The notes: a model not told the origin generated them from the sequence alone. Shown: positions 48,883 through 59,439, counted from the stretch's first letter. The stretch is DNA of 64,000 bases from an uncultured Verrucomicrobiae bacterium (GCA_963837955.1 CAWIPH010000002.1:2208001-2272000); one strand, 5' to 3'. Translations and numbers: made by a program.

Positions 48883-50910
48883 CTATTTCGAATTCGACGT
48901 TCCCGTAGTCTGTTCGTCCAATCCGACCGATCGATTGGGAAACCCGGCTGCATCGAAATACTTTGTTTTACCAACCAGCTGGTAATTGAGTCTGGTAACT
49001 TGGCCGTTGCCGGCAGGCTCCGATTTCATTGATTTGGCCTCGAAAGCGACGTTTTCGGGCCCGCCATTCAATGCTTCGCTGAGGATCCGGCCCTCCAGAC
49101 TGCCATGAACCGGAAGCTCTAATTTCAGAATATGCGCGAATGTCTTGGCCACATCCGCGTTGCTCGCTGGGGCGGGATCGATAAAACGTTGTTTAAAGTC
49201 CGGACCGAAAGCGATCATGTTATTGAGCGTATCGGCTCGATTGAAGCTGCCATGCATCCCTTGCCCTTCCTGGAGAGACGTGTCGCAAAGGGTAACCGCG
49301 TTCATCACAGGATTTGTGGAATCGGTTACAAAGCTGCGGAAATTGATAATCAAAGCGGGAGTCGGCAGCACCGCAATCCCTTTCAGGTTAATGTCACTGA
49401 GAGTTAGGGCGCCTTTGATCGGGCCATAATCCGGGTCGGTAAATAAGCCACTCACGTAATCCTGCGTCGCGAGAAACTCGACAATCTTCTCCAGAAGTTG
49501 CGGATCTTTGGTCGGTAAATAGACCAGATCTGAACCGCCGTTGGCTGCAACAACCACTTTTGCGTCGGCCGGACTCAAGACACCGGTTCCGCCAATCAAA
49601 CCGTTACCGAACGCCGAGCGTTGCTCAGATGCGTCGCCGTTCGGGGTTTCCGGATTGACCGGCTTATATCCCTTTTTTCCGTCGATGGTGACGACCTTGT
49701 CCGGATCGAATAACTGGAGATTCAGAAAATGGGCGAGATCAATGGCTACGAAGCCAGGCGGCAAAAATCCAGCTGGTACCTCTTGGCGGCCGGCAGGGTC
49801 CTTGTAGGTTTGGGATGCGGCATAACTTTTGACCAGCTCTTTTCCGGTGGCGTCGAGCTCGTGCTTGCTAATGGTCGAGAATCCGTGATCGGAAGTAACG
49901 AACAGATCAGTCTCATCCGCTAATCCCGGTACATTATTAATGAAGTCGAGAATTTGTTTGAGGTTCGAGTCCGCATTCTTGATTGCTGCGAGGGAAGTCG
50001 ACCCGTTTATGCCGGGTCGCAGTTGGTTGAGACTGTCACCCTGGTTGTGCTGCGTCCCGTCCGGATCTCGACTCCAAAAAACCACGACAAACGATTTCCC
50101 CGATTTGAGGAATCCGGGAAGAATTGCTTTGGTGAGGGCGTCGGCGAAGAATTGTTGCTGCTTCAGATTGGGCGACAGCGCTCCCGGATTATCGCTGTTG
50201 CCCGGACTACCGTTATCTTCCTGGGTTTTCGGATGACCGTTCGAGCGATCCGGAGCGACTAGATCAAGCCCAGCCTCCTTGAGCGCCGCCGCGACCTTAG
50301 GATCGAGCGGAATGCCACCCTCTTTACCGGTGGAATCGTCGATAATGACCGTCTCAGGGATGGGAACCACTCCATCCCTTGGGCAGCCCTGGCCAATATC
50401 TTGAATGAGCGTTGGACCGAGTTTCCCGACTGCGGCGGTCGCGAAGCCGTTCTTATGCGCGATCCTCAACAACGTTTCTTCGTTCAGAAAATTACAGCTG
50501 AAGTGTTCGTCAATGCAGCCGAGCACCGCATCGTTTTCGATAAATGGTGTCTCGGTATTGGGGACTTGAATTCCGGAACGTTGCGGAATGGCAAAGCCAG
50601 AATAGAGGGCATTGCTGAAGTCACCGGTGTCACCCATGTAATGACCAGTCGCGATAGCGGCGGCGTTTGGCGTCGTAAACGTCGGAAACAGCGCGTGGCT
50701 ATTGGGGAAATCGACTCCGAGTTGCCGGAGAGCATATAAAGTCGGGGCGTCGGTCTGATTCACCGACCCATAGCGAAGGCCATCTGCGACAAAAATGATG
50801 ACATTGCGGCAAAACGCCGGGACAGAACACGAAAGTAGCGCAACGGCGATCAATGCGAAGCTTCGGTTCCGCAATAGATGCGGTCCATCAGGATGTGAAA
50901 AGAGGTTCAT
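48883..50910 (-). CDS. Alkaline phosphatase superfamily protein (nucleotide pyrophosphatase/phosphodiesterase-like), secreted
   Basis: IFVADGLR, FPTFTTPN, DPDGTQH, TSDHGF, GMHGS. Start uncertain. Confidence 0.88.
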   Translation of the reverse strand: MNLFSHPDGPHLLRNRSFALIAVALLSCSVPAFCRNVIIFVADGLRYGSVNQTDAPTLYALRQLGVDFPNSHALFPTFTTPNAAAIATGHYMGDTGDFSNALYSGFAIPQRSGIQVPNTETPFIENDAVLGCIDEHFSCNFLNEETLLRIAHKNGFATAAVGKLGPTLIQDIGQGCPRDGVVPIPETVIIDDSTGKEGGIPLDPKVAAALKEAGLDLVAPDRSNGHPKTQEDNGSPGNSDNPGALSPNLKQQQFFADALTKAILPGFLKSGKSFVVVFWSRDPDGTQHNQGDSLNQLRPGINGSTSLAAIKNADSNLKQILDFINNVPGLADETDLFVTSDHGFSTISKHELDATGKELVKSYAASQTYKDPAGRQEVPAGFLPPGFVAIDLAHFLNLQLFDPDKVVTIDGKKGYKPVNPETPNGDASEQRSAFGNGLIGGTGVLSPADAKVVVAANGGSDLVYLPTKDPQLLEKIVEFLATQDYVSGLFTDPDYGPIKGALTLSDINLKGIAVLPTPALIINFRSFVTDSTNPVMNAVTLCDTSLQEGQGMHGSFNRADTLNNMIAFGPDFKQRFIDPAPASNADVAKTFAHILKLELPVHGSLEGRILSEALNGGPENVAFEAKSMKSEPAGNGQVTRLNYQLVGKTKYFDAAGFPNRSVGLDEQTTGTSNSK

Positions 50911-51184
50911 CGGCGAGAGGAAGATTATCTCCGGTGGCACCATTAGCTCATCCGAAGGCTTTGAAACAATTGTTGAGTTGTGGCGATTTTGTAACATTCA
51001 GCAGAGCGCGAAACGGTCGGACAGGCCTGCCCGACGAAGCTTGTTCTCGACCCCGTCGCCGACAGGTTTGGCCGTAGTTGGAACGGACTCCATCTACGCC
51101 GCCGGCAGTTGTCCATTTCCTTTCACGCTTGTAATATTCCGGCAAGCATCTTGTTAGGTGAGCCACTCAATAGTCCGACAGTTA

Positions 51185-52681
51185 ATGAACAATCTGTTTA
51201 TGAATCCCAAAAAAGTATTTCTTCCGCCATTGGCAGCACTAACGGCGGCCGCGTTCATTGCAGGCGGCGCGCTGGCTATCGGTGCGACCGGTCAGAATGA
51301 CAGCGGATCGAAAGCGAATCTCGAGCTGAAGCTCGACAATTCGCCGTTGAACCGAGACGTGAAGCTCGGAAACTCTTTCGCTCCGATCGTCAAATCCGTC
51401 ACCCCGAGTGTGGTGAAAGTATTTGTCACGACCGCGCAACGCCAGCTGTCTGGCGCCGACATCGAGCAATTCCGAAAGTATTTCGGACCGATGTTTCCAG
51501 ATTTCGATCAACAGCAAACCCCTAGCCAGCACGCTTTGGGTTCTGGTGTCGTGATCTCACAAAATGGTTACATCTTGACCAACAATCACGTTATTGAGAA
51601 CGCCAAAGAAATTTCGGTGGCGCTCAATGATGGCCGGAGCTTCACGGCAAAATTGGTCGGCACGGACGCCCAGACCGATGTCGCGCTCCTAAAGATTGAT
51701 GCTGACACTCTGCCTGCCTTGACGCTGGCGGACAGTGACGCAGTGGAAATCGGCGACGTGGTGCTCGCAATCGGCAATCCATTCGGCATCGGACAAACGG
51801 TGACCGAAGGAATCGTCAGCGCGAAGGATCGGATGACGGAAGGCGATAAGGATGAAGACTTCATTCAAACCGATGCGGCGATTAACCCGGGCAACTCCGG
51901 CGGCGCGCTAGTCGACACGCAGGGGCGTTTGGTCGGAATCAATACGTCTATTCTCTCGCGGACCGGCGGTAACCAAGGGATTGGTTTTGCGGTTCCATCC
52001 AACCTGTGCCGCTGGGTTGTGGATAGTTTGGTGAAAAACGGCAAGGTCTCTCGTGGGTTCTTGGGCGTTTCAATTCAAGATGTCACGCCGGATCTGGCCA
52101 AGGCGCTCAAAGTCAACCGCTCGGTCGGTGCTCTCATCTCGGAAGTCAGCCCGAATGGTCCGGCCGATGCCGCAGGACTTAAGAACGGTGACGTCGTTTT
52201 GCAATACGACAACAAGCCGGTGGAGAACTCGATGCAGCTTAAGCTGAGAGTCGCCGAAACAAGTCCAGGAACCAGCGTTCCAGTGGAAGTTGATCGGAAC
52301 GGCGAAACCAAGACCATGAATGTCGTGGTGAAGGAACGCTCGGGCGTATCTGTCGCTAAAAACGACTCTCCCAAAAACACGGATCAAGGTTCACTCAACG
52401 GAGTGACGGTGGGCGAACTGAATCAAGAGTTGCGAACGGAGTTGAAAGTTCCGGGCTCGGTTCAAGGTGCGGTGATCGAGGAGGTTGATCCAACTTCTTC
52501 CTCCTCGGAAGCAGGGCTTAAGGTGGGTGACGTGATCACAGAAATTAATCATCGTCCGATTAAGAACGCTCAGGAAGCAGTCGATGCGACCTCGGGCAAG
52601 GCGAGCGGTGAAACCTTGGTGAAGGTATACCGAAACGGTGCAAGCCACTACGTGGCCGTGCACGAAGGTGATTCTCAGTAG
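51185..52681 (+). CDS. degP: DegP/Do-family serine endoprotease with two PDZ domains
   Basis: LTNNHV, DVALL, QTDAAINPGNSGG, GIGFAVP; two PDZ domains. Confidence 0.9.
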   Translation: MNNLFMNPKKVFLPPLAALTAAAFIAGGALAIGATGQNDSGSKANLELKLDNSPLNRDVKLGNSFAPIVKSVTPSVVKVFVTTAQRQLSGADIEQFRKYFGPMFPDFDQQQTPSQHALGSGVVISQNGYILTNNHVIENAKEISVALNDGRSFTAKLVGTDAQTDVALLKIDADTLPALTLADSDAVEIGDVVLAIGNPFGIGQTVTEGIVSAKDRMTEGDKDEDFIQTDAAINPGNSGGALVDTQGRLVGINTSILSRTGGNQGIGFAVPSNLCRWVVDSLVKNGKVSRGFLGVSIQDVTPDLAKALKVNRSVGALISEVSPNGPADAAGLKNGDVVLQYDNKPVENSMQLKLRVAETSPGTSVPVEVDRNGETKTMNVVVKERSGVSVAKNDSPKNTDQGSLNGVTVGELNQELRTELKVPGSVQGAVIEEVDPTSSSSEAGLKVGDVITEINHRPIKNAQEAVDATSGKASGETLVKVYRNGASHYVAVHEGDSQ

Positions 52682-52702
52682 GGCTGGTTGGTCCGCAGTA
52701 GT

Positions 52703-52739
52703 CGGCAACCCGCACAGTGTCAACTGTGCGGGTTTGCCG
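52703..52739 (+). terminator. Strong stem-loop after degP (terminator or mRNA stabiliser)
   Basis: CGGCAACCCGCACAGT-GTCA-ACTGTGCGGGTTTGCCG; no U-tract on the plus strand. Confidence 0.4.
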
Positions 52740-52879
52740 TCGAAAAAGGAGCCGGAAAAATCGAAATATATCCCGTCTTCAGGTCAGGCCCCATGTCCGA
52801 AAATCACTCTGATCCCTCTGCCGCGACGACAATCCCTCTTTCTGAGGCGCAAGATCTCTGCCATGATGAGGCTGAGTCT

Positions 52880-53554
52880 ATGCGCGCTCTCGTGGTTGAG
52901 GACGATGAGAAGATCGCCTCTTTTGTCAGCAAAGGATTAAAGCAAAACGGGTTCGCCGTAGATTGTGCACCTGACGGAGAACGGGGTTTGGATTTGGCAA
53001 GCACCATTGCCTACGACGTCGCGATCCTCGATCTGATGCTGCCGAAGCTGGACGGGCTTTCGCTGCTCCGTCGGTTGCGCCAGCAAAAAGTGCAGATACC
53101 AGTATTGATCCTCAGCGCGCGAGCGAACGTCGATGACCGCGTCGTCGGCCTGCAATCCGGAGGCGACGACTACGTGACGAAGCCGTTTGCGTTCTCGGAA
53201 TTATTGGCGCGGGTCCAAGCGCTCATTCGCCGGGCGAGCCAGTCTCAGGAACCGACCCACTTAGGCGTTGCCGATCTGTCGATGAATTTGCTGACCAGAG
53301 AGGTAGGCCGAGACGGCAAGACGATCGAATTACATCCTCGCGAGTTTTCCCTGCTTGAGTTCCTGCTTCGCCATGTGGGACGGCCTGTAACCAAGACGAT
53401 GATTTTGGAACATATCTGGGATTTTCACTTCGATCCCCAGACCAATGTGGTCGATGTGCTCATTCATCGGCTTCGGGCCAAGGTCGACAAGGGCTTTTCG
53501 ATCAAGCTCATCCACACCATTCGAGGAGTGGGATATGTTATTAAAGCGGGTTGA
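52880..53554 (+). CDS. OmpR-family response regulator
   Basis: [43 protein letters not shown]. Confidence 0.93.
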   Translation: MRALVVEDDEKIASFVSKGLKQNGFAVDCAPDGERGLDLASTIAYDVAILDLMLPKLDGLSLLRRLRQQKVQIPVLILSARANVDDRVVGLQSGGDDYVTKPFAFSELLARVQALIRRASQSQEPTHLGVADLSMNLLTREVGRDGKTIELHPREFSLLEFLLRHVGRPVTKTMILEHIWDFHFDPQTNVVDVLIHRLRAKVDKGFSIKLIHTIRGVGYVIKAG

Positions 53555-54965
53555 GCGGCTCTGGCACAGCTTCACGTTTCGACTCAGTCTTTGGTACGCG
53601 GCAACCTTCACGTTTAGCGCAATCGTCCTCTTTGCGCTGCTTTACTTTCTCCTGACTTCGTTCTTCGAGCGGAGTGAGCGGGAAATCATTCAAGAGCGAC
53701 TCAAAGAGTGCGGCGCCGTTTATGAGAGCGGAGGGTTAGGAGCGCTCCGCGATTTGGTGAGCCAACAAAAGTTCACGGAAAACGAAGGTCCGTTCTTTAT
53801 CGAAGTAACTGGTGCCAGGGGTAACGTCGAATACCTGGTCGCACCAGCGGATTGGGTCGATTTTAACAGCCTGAATTCGATGTTCGGTGGGTCGAATTCG
53901 GCATGGCTTCGCATTCCCAAAGACAAGCGCAGTGATTTCATGATCGAGTCCGCGCAACTCTCAGATGGCGCGACCTTGCGAGTAGGGCGAAGCACCAATC
54001 GCCCGGAAACATTGCTTGGGCCGTTCTTTACTGCTTTTTTGGTAGTGATCGTGCCAACGCTGATTCTGGCGATTGCGGGAGGCGCGGTGTTCGCCTATCG
54101 CGCGACCGCTCCGGTCCGGCAAATGTTGAAGACTGCGCGTTCAATTATCAGCACCGGAAATCTGGGTGAGCGCGTCCCGGTAAGTCAGGCTCAAAGTGAG
54201 TTGGCCGAGTTGGCCCGCCAATTCAATCAGGTGTTGGACAAAAATCAGACGTTAATTCGCGGAATGAGGGAGGCGCTCGATAACGTCGCGCATGATCTGC
54301 GGTCGCCGCTCTCCCGACTTCGCGGCACAGCCGAGCTCGCTTTGCAGGCCGATACTCCGGAAGCGGCGCGGGAAGCCTTAGCCGACTCAGTCGAGGAGTC
54401 TGATCGTGTGCTGACTATGCTCAATACACTGATGGACGTCACCGAGGCTGAGAACGGAATGATGCGGTTGCACCGAACGCACTGTTCCGTCAACGATTTA
54501 TTGGAGGAAGTTCTCGAGATCTATCGGGTGATAGCGGAGGAGAGAGCAATCGAGATAAAAATCAATTTCGGCGATAAATGCTATGCCGATATTGATCCGA
54601 ACCGAATGCGGCAAGCTTTTGCGAACCTGATCGACAACGCGGTTAAGTACACTGAACCTGGAGGAAGCGTCGAGGTTGGTTGCCGCCGGATTGCTGAGGG
54701 TGTGGAGGTCACGATTCGGGACAATGGAATTGGCATTCCGCCGGACGAACAAAACCGAATTTGGGATCGTCTGTATCGCGGTGATAAAAGCCGATCACAG
54801 CGGGGGCTGGGCCTGGGCCTAAGTCTGGTGAAAGCGGTGGTCGAGGCTCACGCCGGCATCATTACCGTCCGGAGTGAGATCGGCAAAGGCTCGGAGTTCA
54901 TTGTCCTGTTGGCCGCTGCTCACGGCACGCCAAAACCGATCCTGCAACCGGTTGCGACGGCGTAG
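53535..54965 (+). CDS. Sensor histidine kinase (HAMP-HisKA-HATPase)
   Basis: Two transmembrane segments; [29 protein letters not shown]. Confidence 0.93.
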   Translation: MLLKRVERLWHSFTFRLSLWYAATFTFSAIVLFALLYFLLTSFFERSEREIIQERLKECGAVYESGGLGALRDLVSQQKFTENEGPFFIEVTGARGNVEYLVAPADWVDFNSLNSMFGGSNSAWLRIPKDKRSDFMIESAQLSDGATLRVGRSTNRPETLLGPFFTAFLVVIVPTLILAIAGGAVFAYRATAPVRQMLKTARSIISTGNLGERVPVSQAQSELAELARQFNQVLDKNQTLIRGMREALDNVAHDLRSPLSRLRGTAELALQADTPEAAREALADSVEESDRVLTMLNTLMDVTEAENGMMRLHRTHCSVNDLLEEVLEIYRVIAEERAIEIKINFGDKCYADIDPNRMRQAFANLIDNAVKYTEPGGSVEVGCRRIAEGVEVTIRDNGIGIPPDEQNRIWDRLYRGDKSRSQRGLGLGLSLVKAVVEAHAGIITVRSEIGKGSEFIVLLAAAHGTPKPILQPVATA

Positions 54966-54966
54966 C

Positions 54967-55210
54967 GTAGCCTGATCCTCCTGGCTCAGGAACCGAGGGC
55001 TACTGCAACTGTGAGAGGTGATTGGTGATTGGTGGGCGATGGCGATCTCTGCCGTGGATTTGTCTCACCGCCTTGTAACTTCTCACTAGTCACTGGCACA
55101 CTCCCTGAGGCTGGAGCATCAGGCTACTTTCCTCGGCAGAAATCTCTCGCCGCCTTTTTCACCAATCACCAATCACCAATAAGCTCCCTGAGGCTGGAGC
55201 ATCAGGCTAC
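54967..55210. repeat. Cluster of family F REPs and heptamer runs between convergent genes
   Basis: GTAGCCTGATCCTCCTGGCTCAGG at 54967; identical 27-mers CTCCCTGAGGCTGGAGCATCAGGCTAC at 55101 and 55184; GGTGATT/TCACCAA runs. Confidence 0.8.
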
Positions 55211-55666
55211 GGTATGCGGTTCAACTGTGATCGGAAAGTTTACTGAGTTCGCGATGAAACAGAACTTGTGTGCCTTCTCGTGCAAGTGCTCCGCCAATTT
55301 GATCTTGTCGGCCGATGTGAGGGTCACGTGCGGACGAAGGACGGCCTTGGTGAATCGGCCGTTACCATCAGCGGCTACTTCCATGGTCGCTTCGGCGTCG
55401 TCCTGATAGCTGACAACAATTATTTGGCTGTCGGAACAAAAGTGAAGGTACCAAAGCAAATGACAGCCGGAGATGGCCGCTAGCAGCTCCTCTTCAGGAT
55501 TGTAGCGCGTCGGGTCGCCGCGATAGTGCGGATCGGACGAAGCGAGCAGCGGCGGCTTGCCAGCGATGCTGATTTCGTGATCGCGCCCATAGGCTTTATA
55601 GCCGGAGGTGCCGGAGCCTAGGTTGCCGGTCCACCGGTTCGTGAGGCGGTAGGTATGACTTGGCAT
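55202..55666 (-). CDS. OsmC/Ohr family protein
   Basis: YNPEEELLAAISGCH and AHKFCFIANSV (two catalytic Cys). Confidence 0.9.
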   Translation of the reverse strand: MPSHTYRLTNRWTGNLGSGTSGYKAYGRDHEISIAGKPPLLASSDPHYRGDPTRYNPEEELLAAISGCHLLWYLHFCSDSQIIVVSYQDDAEATMEVAADGNGRFTKAVLRPHVTLTSADKIKLAEHLHEKAHKFCFIANSVNFPITVEPHTVA

Positions 55667-55774
55667 GCCTCAATCTACATCCTCCGATAGGCATGTCACT
55701 TGGCGTTGACGACCAATAGAAAGCGGATGGTCAAATATCTCTGATGGGGAGTGCTACCCGTGATCCGAAACAGC

Positions 55775-56845
55775 TCACCAAAGGCTCAGTTGATATTCCG
55801 GTTGGGGGATTTCGCCTACCTGCAAGGGCTGCGACTCAATCCGATCGTCAGGTGGCAGTGATTCAATGAGGTGGGGTAATCCGGCCAGGACATCAGTCAC
55901 GTCAGACCGATGACCGATCTCCTTGGCTAACGGAGTGGCGGCGGGGTGGTCAACTGGCAGGCAGACCAGGGAATCGCTGATCGAAACATTTTGATTCCGG
56001 AGTTCGACGATATCGGTATCAAATCCTTTCAGTAATCCCATCGGCGCTATGGGCATGGGGAGACAGACGACGGGCATGGTTAGTGTCCTGGCTACATGCT
56101 TGACGGCTTCGCGAACTGACTCCGTGCAGAGGAGTACTTCCCAACGTTGGTTTAGCCGAGTTAGGGCCGCTGCATTCAAATCGATCAAGGTCAGCGTAGC
56201 CCGAAAATGGAACTCAATATTGCGATTTGAGCAGAGCCACAACAGCGCTCCTAACGTTCGCGAGCAAACCGGGTCGGCCCACCAGTATGAGTTATCCCAG
56301 ATCCTTCGACAAACGTTTGGAACTGCGGGACCGGTGCGATCGGCTTTGGCTAGTAAGCGCTCAAAGAGCGCCGGAGCATCCTGTCCGGATATTGCCGGAG
56401 TAAAAGAAGTCTGTGCTTTTTCGTCCCGAACAAAAGCGGCTAGCGAACGATATCGATCTTTAGAGTCCCATTCCACCGCACCTCGAAGCTGGTCCACGGA
56501 TACTTCAACTAGTTCGTCCGTCTTAGTTTCGACGATCAGCTGCCGGAGGTCAGTGAGCAGATCTTCCACCTTGCTGCGAAATTCGCGCGACGGAATTCCC
56601 ACTGAAGCCGATTTTGGATTTATGGCATTCGCGGCAGTTACAACTACTCCGAAAAAGTGATCCGAAATCAGCTGAGTAGATAGTCGCCGTAAAGCTATCC
56701 GGCTGACAAAGGTTTCATCCGAGACCGGAGAAACTTGTCGAAAGCGTTGCGCAGCGAGTGAACGATCGTCTTTTTCGAGAATGTCCCCTCGCGCGTCAAA
56801 GTTGTCCTGTGATTCACGTGGAAAAACGGCGGCGCTTTTGACCAT
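55775..56845 (-). CDS. Hypothetical protein ending in QLSLW
   Basis: 356-aa ATG ORF co-oriented with its neighbours; no family recognised. Confidence 0.65.
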   Translation of the reverse strand: MVKSAAVFPRESQDNFDARGDILEKDDRSLAAQRFRQVSPVSDETFVSRIALRRLSTQLISDHFFGVVVTAANAINPKSASVGIPSREFRSKVEDLLTDLRQLIVETKTDELVEVSVDQLRGAVEWDSKDRYRSLAAFVRDEKAQTSFTPAISGQDAPALFERLLAKADRTGPAVPNVCRRIWDNSYWWADPVCSRTLGALLWLCSNRNIEFHFRATLTLIDLNAAALTRLNQRWEVLLCTESVREAVKHVARTLTMPVVCLPMPIAPMGLLKGFDTDIVELRNQNVSISDSLVCLPVDHPAATPLAKEIGHRSDVTDVLAGLPHLIESLPPDDRIESQPLQVGEIPQPEYQLSLW

Positions 56846-56909
56846 TAGCCGGCGCGGATAATATGGGATCAGGTCGCGTTAGGCAAGGAAGAAGCAGCTG
56901 GCTACGGTA

Positions 56910-57623
56910 CTAGGTAACTCGTTCAGCACGAACCTCCTGTTTTTTTCTTCCAGTGATCACTGCCATCGGACCGTATCGCCACAAGACATCGCAATCCACG
57001 AAGCCGGCTTTTTGCAGGAGGTATAGTTCAGTTTCCAGCCCGAAATATTTGTCTTCTTTTCTCCAACTTTGGAGATGACCGAGAGCCTCTTCCTCGGTGA
57101 ATCCAGAGGGAATAAGATGCTTGGTCCAATCCATTCTCACGTTGTTGGAACCGGTGTCATCAAACATGGCGTCGGCATTCACAAAGACACCGCCCGGGAT
57201 CAGCGCGTCGCAAATCTTCCGATAGAGCGCTTGTTTGGAATCTAGGCGAACAATGTGATGGAGCGCCAGAGCCGCAAAATAGGCGTGTCGGGCGGCCGGA
57301 AGCTCGGAGGAAAAGTCCTGCAATCTCAATTCGATCCGCCCGCGGTCTGATGACAACCGCTGTGCGGCTTCCTCCAGCATTTTTTGATCGGCATCGATCC
57401 CGATCACCTGCGCCTGCGGAAGCAAATGAAGTATTCGTTCAGTCAACGACCCGGTTCCGATTCCGAGATCCACAAACTGGGCGCGCCCGCCGTTCGCTGT
57501 TGAATTGCGAATAAAACGGACCGCTTCATCCAGCATCTCGTCATACCTGGGAATGAATCTCCGGATCAGGCTGTCGTATTCTCTGACCTGCAGGTGTAAG
57601 TGGGATTCGACGGAGTGACTCAT
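56910..57623 (-). CDS. Class I SAM-dependent methyltransferase (CmoA-like)
   Basis: YDSLIRRFIPRY, VDLGIGTG, LALHH, PGGVFVNAD. Confidence 0.88.
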   Translation of the reverse strand: MSHSVESHLHLQVREYDSLIRRFIPRYDEMLDEAVRFIRNSTANGGRAQFVDLGIGTGSLTERILHLLPQAQVIGIDADQKMLEEAAQRLSSDRGRIELRLQDFSSELPAARHAYFAALALHHIVRLDSKQALYRKICDALIPGGVFVNADAMFDDTGSNNVRMDWTKHLIPSGFTEEEALGHLQSWRKEDKYFGLETELYLLQKAGFVDCDVLWRYGPMAVITGRKKQEVRAERVT

Positions 57624-57696
57624 GGAAAGGGAGCTACGAGTTAGTATCTAGTATCCAGGAGAGACGCAGTCCCCGTAACCTGCAACTTGTAACATC

Positions 57697-58080
57697 TCAG
57701 AACGAGGCCGTTACCTTTTCTGAATCTCGCAACACCGATTTTTGATGAAATCTCTGTTTAAAGATTGTTCGGACTTCTTCCACCTGACGGTTCGCCGCCG
57801 CGGAGTCGGCGTAAAGAATCACTAGCACACGGGAGTCTAGCATTCGCACGGTCCCTTTTTCATCTTGCCACTGGCCATGCACATCATACCAAGTAAGGCC
57901 TTGGGGAAAGCGAGGTGTAACCACGGCCCCCAAGAATTGTTTCCAGTCGGTCAGCGCGACCGGCCCGAAATAGAGCTCGGTGCGAATCAAAGTTTGGTTT
58001 GCAGTATTGGTCGCTTCGGTATTCGAGCCAAGAGAGCACAACGTTAGAAGAACAATTAGCAGGAGATAGCGACGAACCAT
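57697..58080 (-). CDS. DUF3574-like secreted protein
   Basis: RTELYFG, FLGAVVTPRFPQGLT, GQW, RFHQKSVLR. Confidence 0.8.
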   Translation of the reverse strand: MVRRYLLLIVLLTLCSLGSNTEATNTANQTLIRTELYFGPVALTDWKQFLGAVVTPRFPQGLTWYDVHGQWQDEKGTVRMLDSRVLVILYADSAAANRQVEEVRTIFKQRFHQKSVLRDSEKVTASF

Positions 58081-58261
58081 GGAGTTACCTTTTTCGGCAA
58101 AACCTCTGACTGCAAGCCAAACCGGTAAGGTGCTCGATTTTGCGTGAGCAAGCCCTGCGGGGGCGATTCAAGAAAGGCCTGGGAGCCTGTCGGACTTCGC
58201 TTGGTCAAATTGATGGGCAGATTTTTCCAGCGGCGACGCATCTGACGAAGCCTGTGGTGAT

Positions 58262-58628
58262 AATTCGAATTGCCGGCGAAGAGATTCGCGAAGCCGGAAA
58301 CAGCGATTCAAGATTGCCTCTAGGGCGCAGCCCTAGGAACAAGAATAAAAGCGGTTCCAGCGGCGAAGCCGCGATTCAGGATAGCCTAGCCTGCAGGGCT
58401 AGGAATGGGCATATAAGAAGGACAGCGCTGAAAGCGCGGCTCAGTTTAAATCGGAGCGATGCGGCATCCCGACGACGCTCGTACAAACATTTGTACGCTC
58501 GCGGATTCGGTTTTGCCACGCGGCTTCGCCGCTGGAACCGCTTTTATTCCTGTTCCTGGGCTGCGCCCCAGCCTATCTTGAATCGAGGCTTCCGACTTCG
58601 CGAATCTCTTCGCCGGCAATTGCAAATT
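58262..58628. repeat. REP-like family C compound element
   Basis: Outer inverted arms AATTGCCGGCGAAGAGATTCGCGAAG and CTTCGCGAATCTCTTCGCCGGCAATT; includes the unoccupied hairpin CTAGGGCGCAGCCCTAG. Confidence 0.85.
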
Positions 58629-58711
58629 ATCACCATATGCTTCGTCGGACGCCTCGCCGCTGTGATAGCCAAACGTTCTTTCGATCGTGCAAAGCCCGAC
58701 ACCTTGGGCGC

Positions 58712-59404
58712 CTAGGGCTTTTCGCGCAATTCGTCGAGCTGCTGGATTGTCTTTTCAAGCACAGCCTGCAGGCGCTCTTCCCGCTTTTCATCTCCAGCAG
58801 CCCATTTGGCGGCACGGAAGGTTGCCTTAACAAGAGCGGCCAGCGGACGAAAGAAAGCAAACGATTCCGGACCACTCCAGCGACCCCAGTCGCCCCAGCG
58901 TTCTGCCCTGCGCCAAATGCGTTCGATTGCCTCCTTTTCTTTTTCGATTTCCTGCAGACCTTCCTCGGTCAAGGTGTAAAGTTTTCTTCCATCCTGTTCT
59001 TCGGACCGAAGCAGCTTTTCATCCTCCAACTGTTGCAGGGTCGGGTAGACCGTACCGGCACTGGCGCGATAGAGGCCTCCGGATCGCTGCTCCAGTTCTT
59101 TGATCAATTGATAGCCATGTTTTGGTCCCTCTTTGAGTAGGGAAAGAATCGCAAGTCGTGCTTCACCGAAACCGAAGAATCGCCCGCCTCGCGGTCCGCC
59201 GGCGAATTGGGAAAATGGTCCCCAATCTTCCCAGGGACCCCAACCGCCGCGACCTTCTTCGCGGAAGTGACCCATGAAATCTCTAACGAATTTGGCAAAA
59301 CGACGCCTGCCGTAGCGCATGCGCCACTTGGCGATGTGCCGCCAATGGGGGTGATGAGGGTAGGCGAAATGGCCGCCACAGGGTTCATTCCAATCTGTTC
59401 TCAT
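58712..59404 (-). CDS. PadR-family regulator with His-rich N-terminal extension (YqjI-like)
   Basis: LAILSLLKEGPKHGYQLI, AGTVYPTLQQLEDE, RKLYTLTEEG; N-terminal HFAYPHHPHWRH. Confidence 0.9.
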   Translation of the reverse strand: MRTDWNEPCGGHFAYPHHPHWRHIAKWRMRYGRRRFAKFVRDFMGHFREEGRGGWGPWEDWGPFSQFAGGPRGGRFFGFGEARLAILSLLKEGPKHGYQLIKELEQRSGGLYRASAGTVYPTLQQLEDEKLLRSEEQDGRKLYTLTEEGLQEIEKEKEAIERIWRRAERWGDWGRWSGPESFAFFRPLAALVKATFRAAKWAAGDEKREERLQAVLEKTIQQLDELREKP

Positions 59405-59439
59405 ATATCGGACGATATATATCGGACGATATATGTCAA
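59403..59439 (-). promoter_or_regulatory. Tandem palindromic operator overlapping the padR promoter
   Basis: ATATATCGGACGATATAT occurs twice (59403-59420, 59417-59434); minus strand reads TTGACA-16-TATCGT-7-ATG. Confidence 0.65.

Noticed and set aside
58140..58715. 191-aa plus-strand ORF
   Set aside because: Mostly family C repeat sequence with Arg-rich, non-protein-like composition.
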